Assembly: GCA_963737905.1 (NCBI GenBank)
Contig: CAVTUQ010000029.1
Location: 1-64,000, forward strand
From: an uncultured delta proteobacterium
GTDB taxonomy: Bacteria > Desulfobacterota > Binatia > UBA9968
Reading direction: 5' to 3'
DNA length: 64,000 bases
Position numbers and translations under genes: made by a program. The notes beneath the pieces are model-generated. The model made no database searches, was not told the origin of the DNA, and saw only the letters and a list, made by a program, of their open reading frames with translations. Position 1 is the first letter of the stretch; the number at the start of each line of letters is the position of its first letter. Below are positions 42,600 to 52,502 of this stretch, in pieces.

Positions 42600-42982
42600 T
42601 CTATCTCGATACTTCGGTTGCCCTGGCTCATCTGCTGGCGGAAGACCGGACGCCACCCGAACAGCTTTGGCAGGAGGATCTGATTTCTAGCCGCCTTCTT
42701 GAGTATGAAATCTGGACTCGGATTCACGCGCTTAAACTGACCGGGTCGCATGCGGATGAGGTCCGTTCCTTGCTGGGCCGCGTCGCACTTATTGAGCTCT
42801 CCCCGCCGGTGCTCGCGAGAGCCTTGGAGCCTTTCCCAAAACCCGTCCGTACTCTAGATGCCCTCCATCTAGCATCGATGGAATTTCTCCGAAAGCAGGG
42901 GCAGAGCGTTTCTGTGGCAGTTTACGAGGGCCGCCTTCTTGACGCGGCCCGTGCCCTTCGCTTTCCCCTCTACAAGCTCTAG
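42596..42982 (+). CDS. vapC: VapC PIN-domain toxin
   Basis: IYLDTS, RTLDALHLAS. Confidence 0.88.
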   Translation: MIYLDTSVALAHLLAEDRTPPEQLWQEDLISSRLLEYEIWTRIHALKLTGSHADEVRSLLGRVALIELSPPVLARALEPFPKPVRTLDALHLASMEFLRKQGQSVSVAVYEGRLLDAARALRFPLYKL

Positions 42983-43082
42983 CGATTGTCGATTGTCGGA
43001 TAAGAGCGGAAATTCTCTTCGAGAAGCTGCATCCATGCGTCTTCTCCCCCAATCTAAAATCCCAAATCAAAAATCGAAAATG

Positions 43083-44113
43083 TTATCTGATCAACTTATT
43101 CGCCCGGGCGAGCACCTCCGGCGGAATGGTCAGGTCGATCTGCTTTGCGGTCTTAAGATTGATCACCAGCTCGAACTTCGTCGGCTGCTCGACCGGCAGA
43201 TCGGCGGGCTTGGCTCCCTTCAGGATTCTGTCCACGTAGTATGCGACGCGCCCGTAGCTGTCCGCTTGGTCCGCCCCGTAGGACATGAGCCCGCCGGTCT
43301 CTACAGCTTCTTTGTTTTTGTACACCGACGGTAACCGGCTCTTTAACGCCAAGCCAATGATCCGTTTTTCGTTGTTATTCATTAGTGGGCTCGCGGTCAC
43401 GTAGAGTCCATCCGGGCGCTGCTTGTTTAGCGCGGCGAATGCCTTCTCGAAACCGTCCGCAGCTCTTACCTCCCAAGGCTGAAGGGTCAACTTCAGGGCG
43501 CGCGCCGCGGCCGGGAGAACCTCTTTCACCTCGTGTACAGTGGTCGAAACGGCCGGATCATAGAGAACCGCGACACGGGCAAGTTGGGAACGGCTTCTTT
43601 GAGCAGTTCTAAACGCTTCCCGCCTAGTTCTCTGTCAAGGAGAGTAATGCCGGTGACGTTGCCGCCGGGACGGGCAAGGCTTTCAACATGGCCTGCTACG
43701 ACAGGATCGTTCCCAGAGCCCATCATAACGATGGGAATTGTCTTGGTCGCATTCTTGGCGGCCCGGACCACCGGCTCCGCTCCTGATACCAGAAGAATAT
43801 CAACCTTGAGACGCACTAATTCGGCCACAAGCTCAGGGTACCGATCGTTCTTCCCCTCCGCATATCGGTACTCGGTGGCGATGTTCTGTCCTTCGATGTA
43901 GCCATGCTCGCGCAGCGCCAGATATCCTATCCGCGGGACTTTCTTTGGCTGCTGCGCCTGAGCCATCGCCCCACCGAAGATGAATGTGAGAGTCATAGAG
44001 AAGATCCCCGCCCATTTTAGATTTTCGATACTTTGGCAAGGCTCAGCACAGGTTTTAGATTTTCGATTGTTGGACCGGAAACTCAAAGATCGCATCCAGG
44101 TTTTCTCATGCAT
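43083..44113 (-). pseudogene. ABC_sub_bind substrate-binding paralog with a frameshift and an internal deletion
   Basis: PRIGYL joined to ALREHG; SLARPGGNVTG; GAKPADLPVEQPTKFELVINLKTAK in a second frame. Confidence 0.8.
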
Positions 44114-44144
44114 TTGTTTTTCTCCAAATCTAAAATCGAAAATG

Positions 44145-45161
44145 TCATCTTATGACCCGATTCGCCCGCGAGAGAAACTCCGGCGAGAGTGTCAGACCGA
44201 TCTGTTTCGCTGCCTTCAAGTTGATCACGAATTCAAACTTCGTTGCCTGCTGCACCGGCAAATCAGCCGGTTTGGCACCCTTCAAGATCTTGTCCACGTA
44301 AACAGCCGCACGCCGATAGTTGTCAGTCGAGTCGATCCCGTAGAACATGAGACCGCCTTCATCGACATAATCCTTCGTTGGGTAAATAGCCGGCAAACGG
44401 TATTTGACGGCAAGCTCGACGATCCGCTTTCTCTCGGCGCGAAAGCGCCCACCGGCCTGCGGCATAATCGCGCCCACCTGTTTCTGCTTTGCGGTTTGGA
44501 AGGCGATTTCTAGTTTTTTGGCGTCGGGTTGAGTCTCGATCTCCTCCAGTTTTATCTTCAGTGCCACACCCGCAGGCCTGAGCTCTTTTAGTTGGGGGTT
44601 TTCTAGTTCACTCCTCTGCGTCACGAGAAATCCAACTCGGACAAGCTTGGGAACCGCGTCCTTGAGTATCTCTAGCCTTTTGGTACCTAGCTCGGGCGAT
44701 AAACCGGAGTTCCCGGTGATATTGCGTCCCGTCCGCGCCAGACTGGCAACCAAACCTTGTCCCACGGGGTCCGTAGAGGTCGCCATTACGATGGGGATGG
44801 TGCTGGTTGCTCTCTTCGCCGGTAACGACGTCCCTCCCCCTGAGATGACGATCACATCAACTTTTAGACGAACGAGTTCCGCCGCCAACTCCGGTAGCCG
44901 CTCATTTTTTTGCTCGGCAAACCGATACTCGATGGTGATGTTTTTACCTTCAATCCATCCAAGCTTGCTCAGCTCCTGCCGAAACGCCTCCCAGAGGACT
45001 GCCTGACTGGTTGCAGTGCTATTATCCAGGATACCGATGCGGAAGATTTTCCCTGTCTGTTGCGCGGCAGCGGACGCGCAAAACGCAAGGAGCATGGCGC
45101 CCACTAGGGTAAAGGCAAAGCGCATGGCGCTAGGTGCAAAAGCGATCCCGTTCCTACTCAT
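44145..45161 (-). CDS. ABC_sub_bind substrate-binding protein
   Basis: GLVASLARTGRNITG, KGAKPADLPVQQATKFEFVINLKAAK. Confidence 0.9.
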   Translation of the reverse strand: MSRNGIAFAPSAMRFAFTLVGAMLLAFCASAAAQQTGKIFRIGILDNSTATSQAVLWEAFRQELSKLGWIEGKNITIEYRFAEQKNERLPELAAELVRLKVDVIVISGGGTSLPAKRATSTIPIVMATSTDPVGQGLVASLARTGRNITGNSGLSPELGTKRLEILKDAVPKLVRVGFLVTQRSELENPQLKELRPAGVALKIKLEEIETQPDAKKLEIAFQTAKQKQVGAIMPQAGGRFRAERKRIVELAVKYRLPAIYPTKDYVDEGGLMFYGIDSTDNYRRAAVYVDKILKGAKPADLPVQQATKFEFVINLKAAKQIGLTLSPEFLSRANRVIR

Positions 45162-45218
45162 GAGTTTCTCCCCGTTTTATTTCCGCGCTATGCTTTTTGC
45201 CTTCTGCGCTCTGCCCTG

Positions 45219-45263
45219 TTAACTGATCACCTTCTCCGCCCTCGCCAGCACATTAGTCGGGAT
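45219..45263 (-). pseudogene. C-terminal stub of another ABC_sub_bind paralog
   Basis: IPTNVLARAEKVIS-stop. Confidence 0.55.
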
Positions 45264-45488
45264 CCTATCAGCAAATCCGCATTCCGAATATCCAAATCCG
45301 CAAGGGGCCGTATAGAATTTTTCCTAATTGAACATTTGAATTCGTTTCGAATTTCGGATTTTTGATTTTGCTAGTCACTGCCGCTCAGGATTCAAGCCAA
45401 GAAAAGCGCGGTTGGTCGCGCTGCACGGTTACGAATTGACTCGATGTCAACGATCAAATACTCTTATTCTTACGCGGAGGGATTTTCC

Positions 45489-45683
45489 ATGAAAGGGATC
45501 AAGCGCAAAAACTACTCCCTGGATGAGGCCAAGGTCAAAAAGTTGAGACGCCTTTTGAAGACCCGCAGCGATACAGAAGCAGTCCATAAGGCTGTCGACT
45601 TGGTGCTTTTCCAGCAGGAGGCAGTCAAAGCGTGGATCGAGAACGCGGGGGCGGGCGGCGTCGAAGATCTCTATGCCCGCTAA
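45489..45683 (+). CDS. VapB-like antitoxin
   Basis: RKNYSLDE...SDTEAVHKAVD; overlaps the PIN gene. Confidence 0.75.
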   Translation: MKGIKRKNYSLDEAKVKKLRRLLKTRSDTEAVHKAVDLVLFQQEAVKAWIENAGAGGVEDLYAR

Positions 45684-46104
45684 ATATATTTTTGACACCA
45701 ACATTTATATTCACTGCCTGCAGGACCGCGCTTTTGCCCTAAGGCACGCCGACCAATATTCTCGCTTTCTGCCATTGACCTATTTTTCAAGCGTTGTGGC
45801 CCAAGAGCTCCTCGTAGGCTGCACCGATGACCTCGCTGTAAGACGGGTGCAAAACTTTTTGTTGCCTTTTGAACGGGTACGGCGCATCGTCAATCCAACC
45901 TATCAGAACTGGAAAGACGCCGGGCTGATTGTCGTCAAGATAACTCTGCGCCAGCCTAACTTGAAAAGCAAAAAAATCGCCTTGGTCAACGACACGCTCA
46001 TCGCCTTGTCATGCCGTGATATTGGCGCAACGGTTGTGACGCAGAACATAGAAGATTTTCAATTAATCCGGCGGTTTGTTAGCTTTCGCTTTCAAGAATT
46101 TTAA
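45673..46104 (+). CDS. vapC: VapC PIN-domain toxin
   Basis: IFDTNIYI, SVVAQELLVG, NDTLIA, TQNIEDF. Confidence 0.88.
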   Translation: MPAKYIFDTNIYIHCLQDRAFALRHADQYSRFLPLTYFSSVVAQELLVGCTDDLAVRRVQNFLLPFERVRRIVNPTYQNWKDAGLIVVKITLRQPNLKSKKIALVNDTLIALSCRDIGATVVTQNIEDFQLIRRFVSFRFQEF

Positions 46105-46295
46105 TCGCCAGGCCGCTCAATTGCGCGCACTTCAGCGGCGAAAGCCGCTACTTGCCGTTCCACCGAATCACCTGATTCGCCCGCGCCAGCCCATTCGGGG
46201 GATCGCCGATCCATTTTGGATTTTCGTTTGCGGCGCCGATTGTTCGGTCATCGGATCACTTTGTCCGCCCGATATAGTAACGATTGCGGAATGTT

Positions 46296-46850
46296 ACGCC
46301 GATTTGCTTCGCTGTCTTAAGATTAATGACAAGCTCGAACTTCGTTGGCTGCTCGACCGGCAGATCGGCGGGTTTAGCTCCGTTCAGGATTCTGTCCACA
46401 TAATAAGCGACGCGCCGGAAGCTTTCGTCTTGGTCGGCCCCGTAGGACAGGAGCCCGCCGCCACCGACAAATTTCTGTTGCTGTAAGCCGAAGGCAATCG
46501 CCTTTTTAACGCGAAGCCCACAATCCGTTTCTGGTTAGTAACTATTGTTGGACTGGCGCCGGCCACGTAGAGTCCATCCAGGCGCTGCTTACCCATCGCG
46601 GCAAAAACCTTATCGAAATCGTCCGGAACTCGCACCTCCCAAGGTTGGATAATCAACTTTAGTGCGTGCGCGGCCACTGGGAGAAGCTCTTTTACCTCTC
46701 GTACACCGGCCGGATTACCCAAATCGTAGAGAACCGCGACACGAGCAAGTTTGGGAACGGCTTCCTTGAGCAGCTCTAGCCCGCTTCCCGCCGAGGTCTC
46801 TCGTAAGGTTTGCAATACCGGTGACGTTGCCGCCGGGGCGGGTGATGCAC
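46296..46850 (-). pseudogene. Degraded ABC_sub_bind paralog
   Basis: RPGGNVTG, LELLKEAVPKLARVAVL, AKPADLPVEQPTKFELVINLKTAK spread over several frames. Confidence 0.75.
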
Positions 46851-47044
46851 CTCTGGGCCCTAACACGACGGAGACAAAACCAAGTAAGAGTGAATCGCGC
46901 AAAGGCGCAAAGGCCGCAAAGGAAAGAATGAATCTCAACTTGGCGTTCTTGGCGTCTTGGCGCGAGAATAATCCTAAGCGCTCTCAACTAGAGGGCAAAG
47001 ACTGCCGGTAGACTTGCAGAAGCCGCGAAAACTTTCACGGCCGA

Positions 47045-47449
47045 TTACTTGGTGCCGAGCCAGCCGTGTTCGGACAGGTCGATCGTGACGCCGTCCGGGC
47101 CGCTGAACTTGACCTCGACGTTGCCTCGCTTCGCCATCTCTTCGGTTCCCGGGTAGGGACGATGCACGGCACCCGCCTTCTCGATTTGCGCCTGAGCCTT
47201 CGCCATGTCCTCGACTTCGACACCGAAGTGGTGGATGCCGGCGTACCTGAGGGTGCCCTCGGTAGTGGCGGGATCGTCGTATTTGAACTTCAGGATTGCG
47301 AGGTTTACGTGGCCGTCGCTCAGGTAGTAACCCTCGGAAGTTGGCGTGTTGACCTTACCCACCTGCTTCAAGCCGAGGCCCTCAATGTAAAACTGCGTCG
47401 TCGCCTCCAGATCCCGGGTGGCTATTGCGATGTGCCGAATTCGTCCCAT
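47045..47449 (-). CDS. VOC/glyoxalase-family protein
   Basis: IRHIAI, GIHHFGVEVED, EVKFSGPDGVTIDLS. Confidence 0.88.
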   Translation of the reverse strand: MGRIRHIAIATRDLEATTQFYIEGLGLKQVGKVNTPTSEGYYLSDGHVNLAILKFKYDDPATTEGTLRYAGIHHFGVEVEDMAKAQAQIEKAGAVHRPYPGTEEMAKRGNVEVKFSGPDGVTIDLSEHGWLGTK

Positions 47450-47508
47450 TGTCTACCTCCTTTTTCTGCCTTCATCCCACACTGGAAAACCTGATTTTCG
47501 AACTCCAA

Positions 47509-49062
47509 TTATTTGAACTCCGCTTTTTTGCTCAGATAGAACTTCCGCATCTGCGGCCGATATTTTTCCATCATCTCCCTGTTGAGATCCAGCGGCGGTT
47601 TGGCGTCCGGAGGAAGTAGTGAAAAATACTTGATATCTTTCGTGTCCTCCTCAAACTGTTTCTTCGCCGCTGCCCGCAGTTCAGGCGAGGTCAATAAGTC
47701 TAGGATCGATGCTGCCATCACCTTCGCGCCGACGACCGCGCCCCTGTGGGCAATCGACATCGTCGGCGTAATTCCTGCCGTCCAGTGGTGCGCTTGCACC
47801 CCAGGCACGACAACGGGAAAGCGAACAGTACCCGTCGGTACGACCCAAGTAACATCGCCGATGTCGTTCGAGGAACTATTCTGCCTTGCAGCTTGGAGTG
47901 GCGCTTCCTTTGTTGGGAGGCCCGCCTCTTTTTTACCCAAGGATTTTTGTAACTCTTTGGCGAACTTGTTCTCTTCCTCGGTCCATTTCGGCATTCCTAC
48001 CATCTCGATATTCTTTTGCACCGCTTCAGCGATCGCTTTGTTACCCAGCGACGGCCAGGCCGCACCGAACGGTTCCATCTCCATCGTGGTTCCGGTCATG
48101 AGCGCGGCGCCCTGCGCAATGTTGACCAGCTTATCAAAGTTTTCCTTTGCCCACGGGCCGTTGGCGTCGCGGATGAACCACCAGATCTGGCCCACGTCCG
48201 GGATGATGTTGGGTTGCACGCCGCCCATGGTGATCGCTCGATGACCGCGGTAAGTAGGGCGCAGATGTTCACGCAGTTTATCGAAGCCGATATCCATCAA
48301 GACTACAGCATCGACAGCGTCTTTACCGTCCCAGGGATTCACGGCGCCATGCGCAGTTCTGCCCTTAAAAGTGAACTTGGCGCCGATCAACGCGTAGTTC
48401 TGTAATCCATAGCCGGTGGCCAATTGGTCGGCGACATGTGTGATGATCGCCGCGTCGACATCCTTGAAATAACCCGCGCGCACCAAATAGGGCCGGCTCA
48501 TCAGTTGCTCTTCCGCTGGACCGATCGAGACCACAACGGTGCCAGGAATTTTGAATTGCTCCATCGTCGTTTTAACCGCGTGTGCGGCGCCCACAGCTAC
48601 CGCCGCCATCACATTGTGGCCTTCCATGTGGCCCGGGGCGCCCTCGACAAGAGGTTTGCGTGGAATACTTCCCGGCGTTTGTGAACCCTCCGGCAGCGAG
48701 TCCATCTCGGTGGCGATTGCAATTACTGGCTTACCCGTTCCCCACGTCGCCCAAACGTTCGTGGGTAATCCAGCGCCGCCGACCTCGACTTTGAAGCCGA
48801 TCTGCTCCAGCGTTTCTTTTAGATACTTGGAGCTCTCAACCTCTTGCATGCCAGGTTCGCCGAAATAATAAAGCACGTCGCCGACAGTGGCGATCTGATC
48901 CGCATTGCGATCGATCACTTCCATAGCAGCTCGTTTGGGTTCGCTTGGAGAATCGGCGGTGGCCACCGGGAAGACAAAGGCCACTAAGGCAACAGCAATC
49001 CCGATTGCCAGCATTAGTGTTCTTGACCAGTAGGCTTTTAGCATCGGCCGGGCGTATGACAT
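47509..49062 (-). CDS. M20 amidohydrolase, AbgB-like, with signal peptide
   Basis: EMDSLP, GHMEGHN, PAEE, GRTAHGA..PWDG. Confidence 0.85.
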   Translation of the reverse strand: MSYARPMLKAYWSRTLMLAIGIAVALVAFVFPVATADSPSEPKRAAMEVIDRNADQIATVGDVLYYFGEPGMQEVESSKYLKETLEQIGFKVEVGGAGLPTNVWATWGTGKPVIAIATEMDSLPEGSQTPGSIPRKPLVEGAPGHMEGHNVMAAVAVGAAHAVKTTMEQFKIPGTVVVSIGPAEEQLMSRPYLVRAGYFKDVDAAIITHVADQLATGYGLQNYALIGAKFTFKGRTAHGAVNPWDGKDAVDAVVLMDIGFDKLREHLRPTYRGHRAITMGGVQPNIIPDVGQIWWFIRDANGPWAKENFDKLVNIAQGAALMTGTTMEMEPFGAAWPSLGNKAIAEAVQKNIEMVGMPKWTEEENKFAKELQKSLGKKEAGLPTKEAPLQAARQNSSSNDIGDVTWVVPTGTVRFPVVVPGVQAHHWTAGITPTMSIAHRGAVVGAKVMAASILDLLTSPELRAAAKKQFEEDTKDIKYFSLLPPDAKPPLDLNREMMEKYRPQMRKFYLSKKAEFK

Positions 49063-49158
49063 CTAACTCCTCCTTTTAGCACCGGCTTATCATGAATTCA
49101 TTTACAGTTCACGCTAGACCTGATTGAGGCAGGGAGCAGTATTTTCCATGAGAACCAA

Positions 49159-50208
49159 CTAGTTTTTCCAGAGCTGCTTGAAAAAACCGCTCTGATCGAG
49201 CTCTTGAAGCAGCGAAAGATCGACAAAGCTCTCCGGCGCCACGTTCCTTGCCCGTGGCTGTGTTTCAGCCATGCTGTCTAGAATAAACTTTATGCCCTTA
49301 AGCGTCGGGTAGGGAATTCTTTGAACTCTCTGTGAGTAAAAGGCGTAGGCGTCGTCCAGCATTTCTTTTTCATCCACTCGCAAATACTTTTTCAATACTT
49401 GAATGGAAAAATCCCGGTCGGTCACAAAACGATGAAGACCCTCTGAGTAAGCCTGAACAAAGGCCTTGACGATGGGCCGGTGCTCGCGCAGGTATTTAGT
49501 AGTGACCGTGATACACGTCTGCTGCAGCTCGATGCCGAGTGTGTCGATATCGAAAAGCTCTCTCATGCCGAGCTTTTTAGCCCGGCTCGAATTGGGAGGA
49601 GAGGCGAAGCCGGCTTGGACGGCGCCTTTTTCCATCGCCGTGATGATCTCCGGCAGACCGCCTAACTGGATGATGGCCACGTCCGTGCCGCGCTTGAGCC
49701 CAACGCGCTCAAGAAAAATCCCCGAGCCGGTTTCGCTCAAGGCGCCGAATCTCGATATCCCAAGTTTTTTCCCTTTGAGATCCTCCGGCGTCTTAATTTC
49801 CGGCCGGACGTAAATAAAGCCGACGAGCCGGTTGAGCGTGCTGGCGATGATTCGCACGTCCGCCCCTGCTAAGATAGCCCCGGAAGTAGAGACCCCGGTC
49901 ACTTGCGCCAATTGAATTTCGCCGGCGATCAACGCCTGGGTAGCTGCGACCGCGGGAATATAAATGAGCTCCGCTTCTATGCCATACTTTGAGAGATACC
50001 CGGCTTCCTTTGCCATCCAAGAGCCGATTTGGCTTGCTGATAGAGCCGCATAGCCTAGCTTAATGGGTTGAGCAAAGACCTCTGCACTGAAGCCGAACAG
50101 GACTACCATCAGGGCCATCGCAAGAGGTTTGCGGAAAAAGAGCCGGCCTCGTCTCCAAATAAAAATTCGATCTTCGAGCAACGTTCGTGGGCGATCATAA
50201 AAATTCAT
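49159..50208 (-). CDS. NMT1/SsuA-type ABC substrate-binding protein (type A copy 2)
   Basis: DLKGKKLGISRFG; highly similar to 51312-52370. Confidence 0.85.
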   Translation of the reverse strand: MNFYDRPRTLLEDRIFIWRRGRLFFRKPLAMALMVVLFGFSAEVFAQPIKLGYAALSASQIGSWMAKEAGYLSKYGIEAELIYIPAVAATQALIAGEIQLAQVTGVSTSGAILAGADVRIIASTLNRLVGFIYVRPEIKTPEDLKGKKLGISRFGALSETGSGIFLERVGLKRGTDVAIIQLGGLPEIITAMEKGAVQAGFASPPNSSRAKKLGMRELFDIDTLGIELQQTCITVTTKYLREHRPIVKAFVQAYSEGLHRFVTDRDFSIQVLKKYLRVDEKEMLDDAYAFYSQRVQRIPYPTLKGIKFILDSMAETQPRARNVAPESFVDLSLLQELDQSGFFKQLWKN

Positions 50209-50315
50209 TTTTAGATCCTCCTCTATTTACATTGCTTCACGTTTGCCTGGTCCTTTTAACGTCTAACTCCTCCGGCTTGTTGGGAAATCGAAAATCTAAA
50301 ATCGGCAATCTAAAA

Positions 50316-51272
50316 TTACTTAATCCCCAGCTCCTTCTGCGCTTCTCTGAGAAGCGACAGATCCTCAACTTCATTGATCGACACTTCACGGTTTACCTTG
50401 GTGGTTCTCTTTGCCTCTTCAATCACAAGACGGAGTCCATCTTGCGGTACGCTGCCGTCGCCATTGAACGCTTTGGAGACGCTGTCATAGGTAGCCGTGG
50501 CCATCTCTCGATCGATCTTCAGCCAGTCCGCTTTCACCTGAATCGTCCCGCCGCGATTCTGCGGGATATATCGATTGGCCTTGATTCCCGCCATGATGAC
50601 CCGCTTCACTTCATCCGGCTTCTCTTTGATTTTCTTTACGGTGGCGATCAAGCCGCTAGCGGGGTAGCTGAAAAGTTCGTGGGCGCTGGCAAGCACTACA
50701 AACCCCTGCTTCTTGCCTAGGAAATCTAACGGCGCCGAGCCCAAAGTGGCAGCGGTCAACCCCTGATTCATCGCAGCAAATCGCGACTCGATCATTCCCG
50801 TGGTCAGGAACTTTATCTCATTGTCCGGGTCAATACCGAAGTGTTTGACGATCAGTCTGCCGATGACCTCGAGCGGACTGCCGTAAGTGTTGATCCCAAT
50901 CGTCTTACCCTTAAGCTCGGGAACCGATTTGAATTCCGGCCGGGCGATGATCGCAATCGGAGCGCTGGGAACGTAGCAGGCCACAACTTTAACCGGCAAT
51001 CCCCGAATGGATGCGGCGACCCCGGAACCGATTGAAGTGTAATAGTCAATTTCTCCGCTGACTAATGCTGCGATCGCAACGGTTGGCACGATCCGGATGA
51101 ACTCTGCCTGAAGCCCTTCCTCTCTAAAGAAGCCTCGCTGTTCTCCCAAAGGGAGCGGGACAAATTGGGCGGCACGGTCCGGGAATCCGATTCTGATCTT
51201 GTCTACTGCATGGACTGAGGTCTGGAGAAATAAGATGGCGAGCAAAATCCCCAAAAGCTTTCTCATAGCCAC
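50316..51272 (-). CDS. NMT1/SsuA-type ABC substrate-binding protein (type B copy 2)
   Basis: GFFREEGL, ALVSGEIDY, LKGKTIG. Confidence 0.85.
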   Translation of the reverse strand: MAMRKLLGILLAILFLQTSVHAVDKIRIGFPDRAAQFVPLPLGEQRGFFREEGLQAEFIRIVPTVAIAALVSGEIDYYTSIGSGVAASIRGLPVKVVACYVPSAPIAIIARPEFKSVPELKGKTIGINTYGSPLEVIGRLIVKHFGIDPDNEIKFLTTGMIESRFAAMNQGLTAATLGSAPLDFLGKKQGFVVLASAHELFSYPASGLIATVKKIKEKPDEVKRVIMAGIKANRYIPQNRGGTIQVKADWLKIDREMATATYDSVSKAFNGDGSVPQDGLRLVIEEAKRTTKVNREVSINEVEDLSLLREAQKELGIK

Positions 51273-51311
51273 TCCGTGTTGTGCGCCGACCGCTACAAAA
51301 CTCCAGTCCGA

Positions 51312-52370
51312 TTAGTTTTTCCAAAGCTGCTTGAAAAACCCGTTCTGGTCGAGCTCTTGAAGCAGCGAAAGATCGACAAAACTTTCCGGCGCCACGTTCC
51401 TTGCCCGCGGCTGCTTCTCGGCCATTTCATCCAGGATAAATTTTATTCCCTTCATGGTTGGGTAGGGGATCTTTTGCAGTCTTTGCGAGTAGAAGGTATA
51501 GGCTTCGTCCAAAATCTCTTTGTCTTCCACCCGCAAATATTTTTTTAGCACCTGAATGGAAAAATCCCGATCGGTCATAAAACGGTGCAGACCTTCCGCG
51601 TAGGCTTGGAGAAAAGACTTCACAACCGGCCGCCGCTCGCGCAAGTATTTGGTCGTAACCGTTAGACAGGTCTGTTGCAGCTCTACGCCGAGCGCGTTCA
51701 GATCAAAAAGCTCTCTCATGCCGAGCTGTCTGGCCCGGCTTGTTTGGGGAGGATTGGCAAATCCTGCCTCGACGGCCCCTCGATCCATCGCCGTGATGAT
51801 CTCCGGCAGACCGCCCAGCTGGATGATAGCCACGTCGGTGCCGCGCTTGAGGCCGAAGCGCGCAAGAAACATCGCCACGGCGGTCTCGCTCACCGCGCCA
51901 AATCTCGATATCCCAATTTTTTTTCCTTTGAGATCCTCCGGCGTCTTGATTTCCGGGCGGGCGTAGATCGAGCCGGCTAGCCGATCCTGCACGCTGGCTA
52001 TGATTCTCACGTCCGCCCCTGCCAAGATCGCCCCGGCAGTAGAGACCCCGGTGACTTGGGCCAGTTGAATCTCGCCTGCGATCAGCGCCTGGGTAGCTGC
52101 GACCGCGGGAATATAGATAAGGTCGGCGTCGATGCCGTTCTTTGAGAGATAACCGCCTTCCTTTGCAATCCAAACGGCCACCTGACCTGCGACCAGTGCC
52201 GCGTAGCCGACCTTGATGGATTGAGCAGAAGCCTTTGCACTGAAGCCTAACAGGACTCCCGTCAGGAGCAGCGAAAGAAACTTCCGGAAAACGAGCCTAT
52301 TGCACCGATCTTCGAGTAAAGTTTGTATGCGAAAAAAAAGGTCCATTTTTAAAAGCCTCCATCGTAACAT
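51312..52370 (-). CDS. NMT1/SsuA-type ABC substrate-binding protein (type A copy 1)
   Basis: Paralog of 49159-50208. Confidence 0.85.
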   Translation of the reverse strand: MLRWRLLKMDLFFRIQTLLEDRCNRLVFRKFLSLLLTGVLLGFSAKASAQSIKVGYAALVAGQVAVWIAKEGGYLSKNGIDADLIYIPAVAATQALIAGEIQLAQVTGVSTAGAILAGADVRIIASVQDRLAGSIYARPEIKTPEDLKGKKIGISRFGAVSETAVAMFLARFGLKRGTDVAIIQLGGLPEIITAMDRGAVEAGFANPPQTSRARQLGMRELFDLNALGVELQQTCLTVTTKYLRERRPVVKSFLQAYAEGLHRFMTDRDFSIQVLKKYLRVEDKEILDEAYTFYSQRLQKIPYPTMKGIKFILDEMAEKQPRARNVAPESFVDLSLLQELDQNGFFKQLWKN

Positions 52371-52502
52371 TGCCTCGCGTTTGCCTGATCCTTCTTACGT
52401 CTGAGCCCTCCGATTGTTGGACGGAATCGAAAATCCAAAACCTGTGGTGAGCCCTTCGCCTAGGCTCAGGATAAACTCTGTCGATCCATCGGCAATCTAA
52501 AA

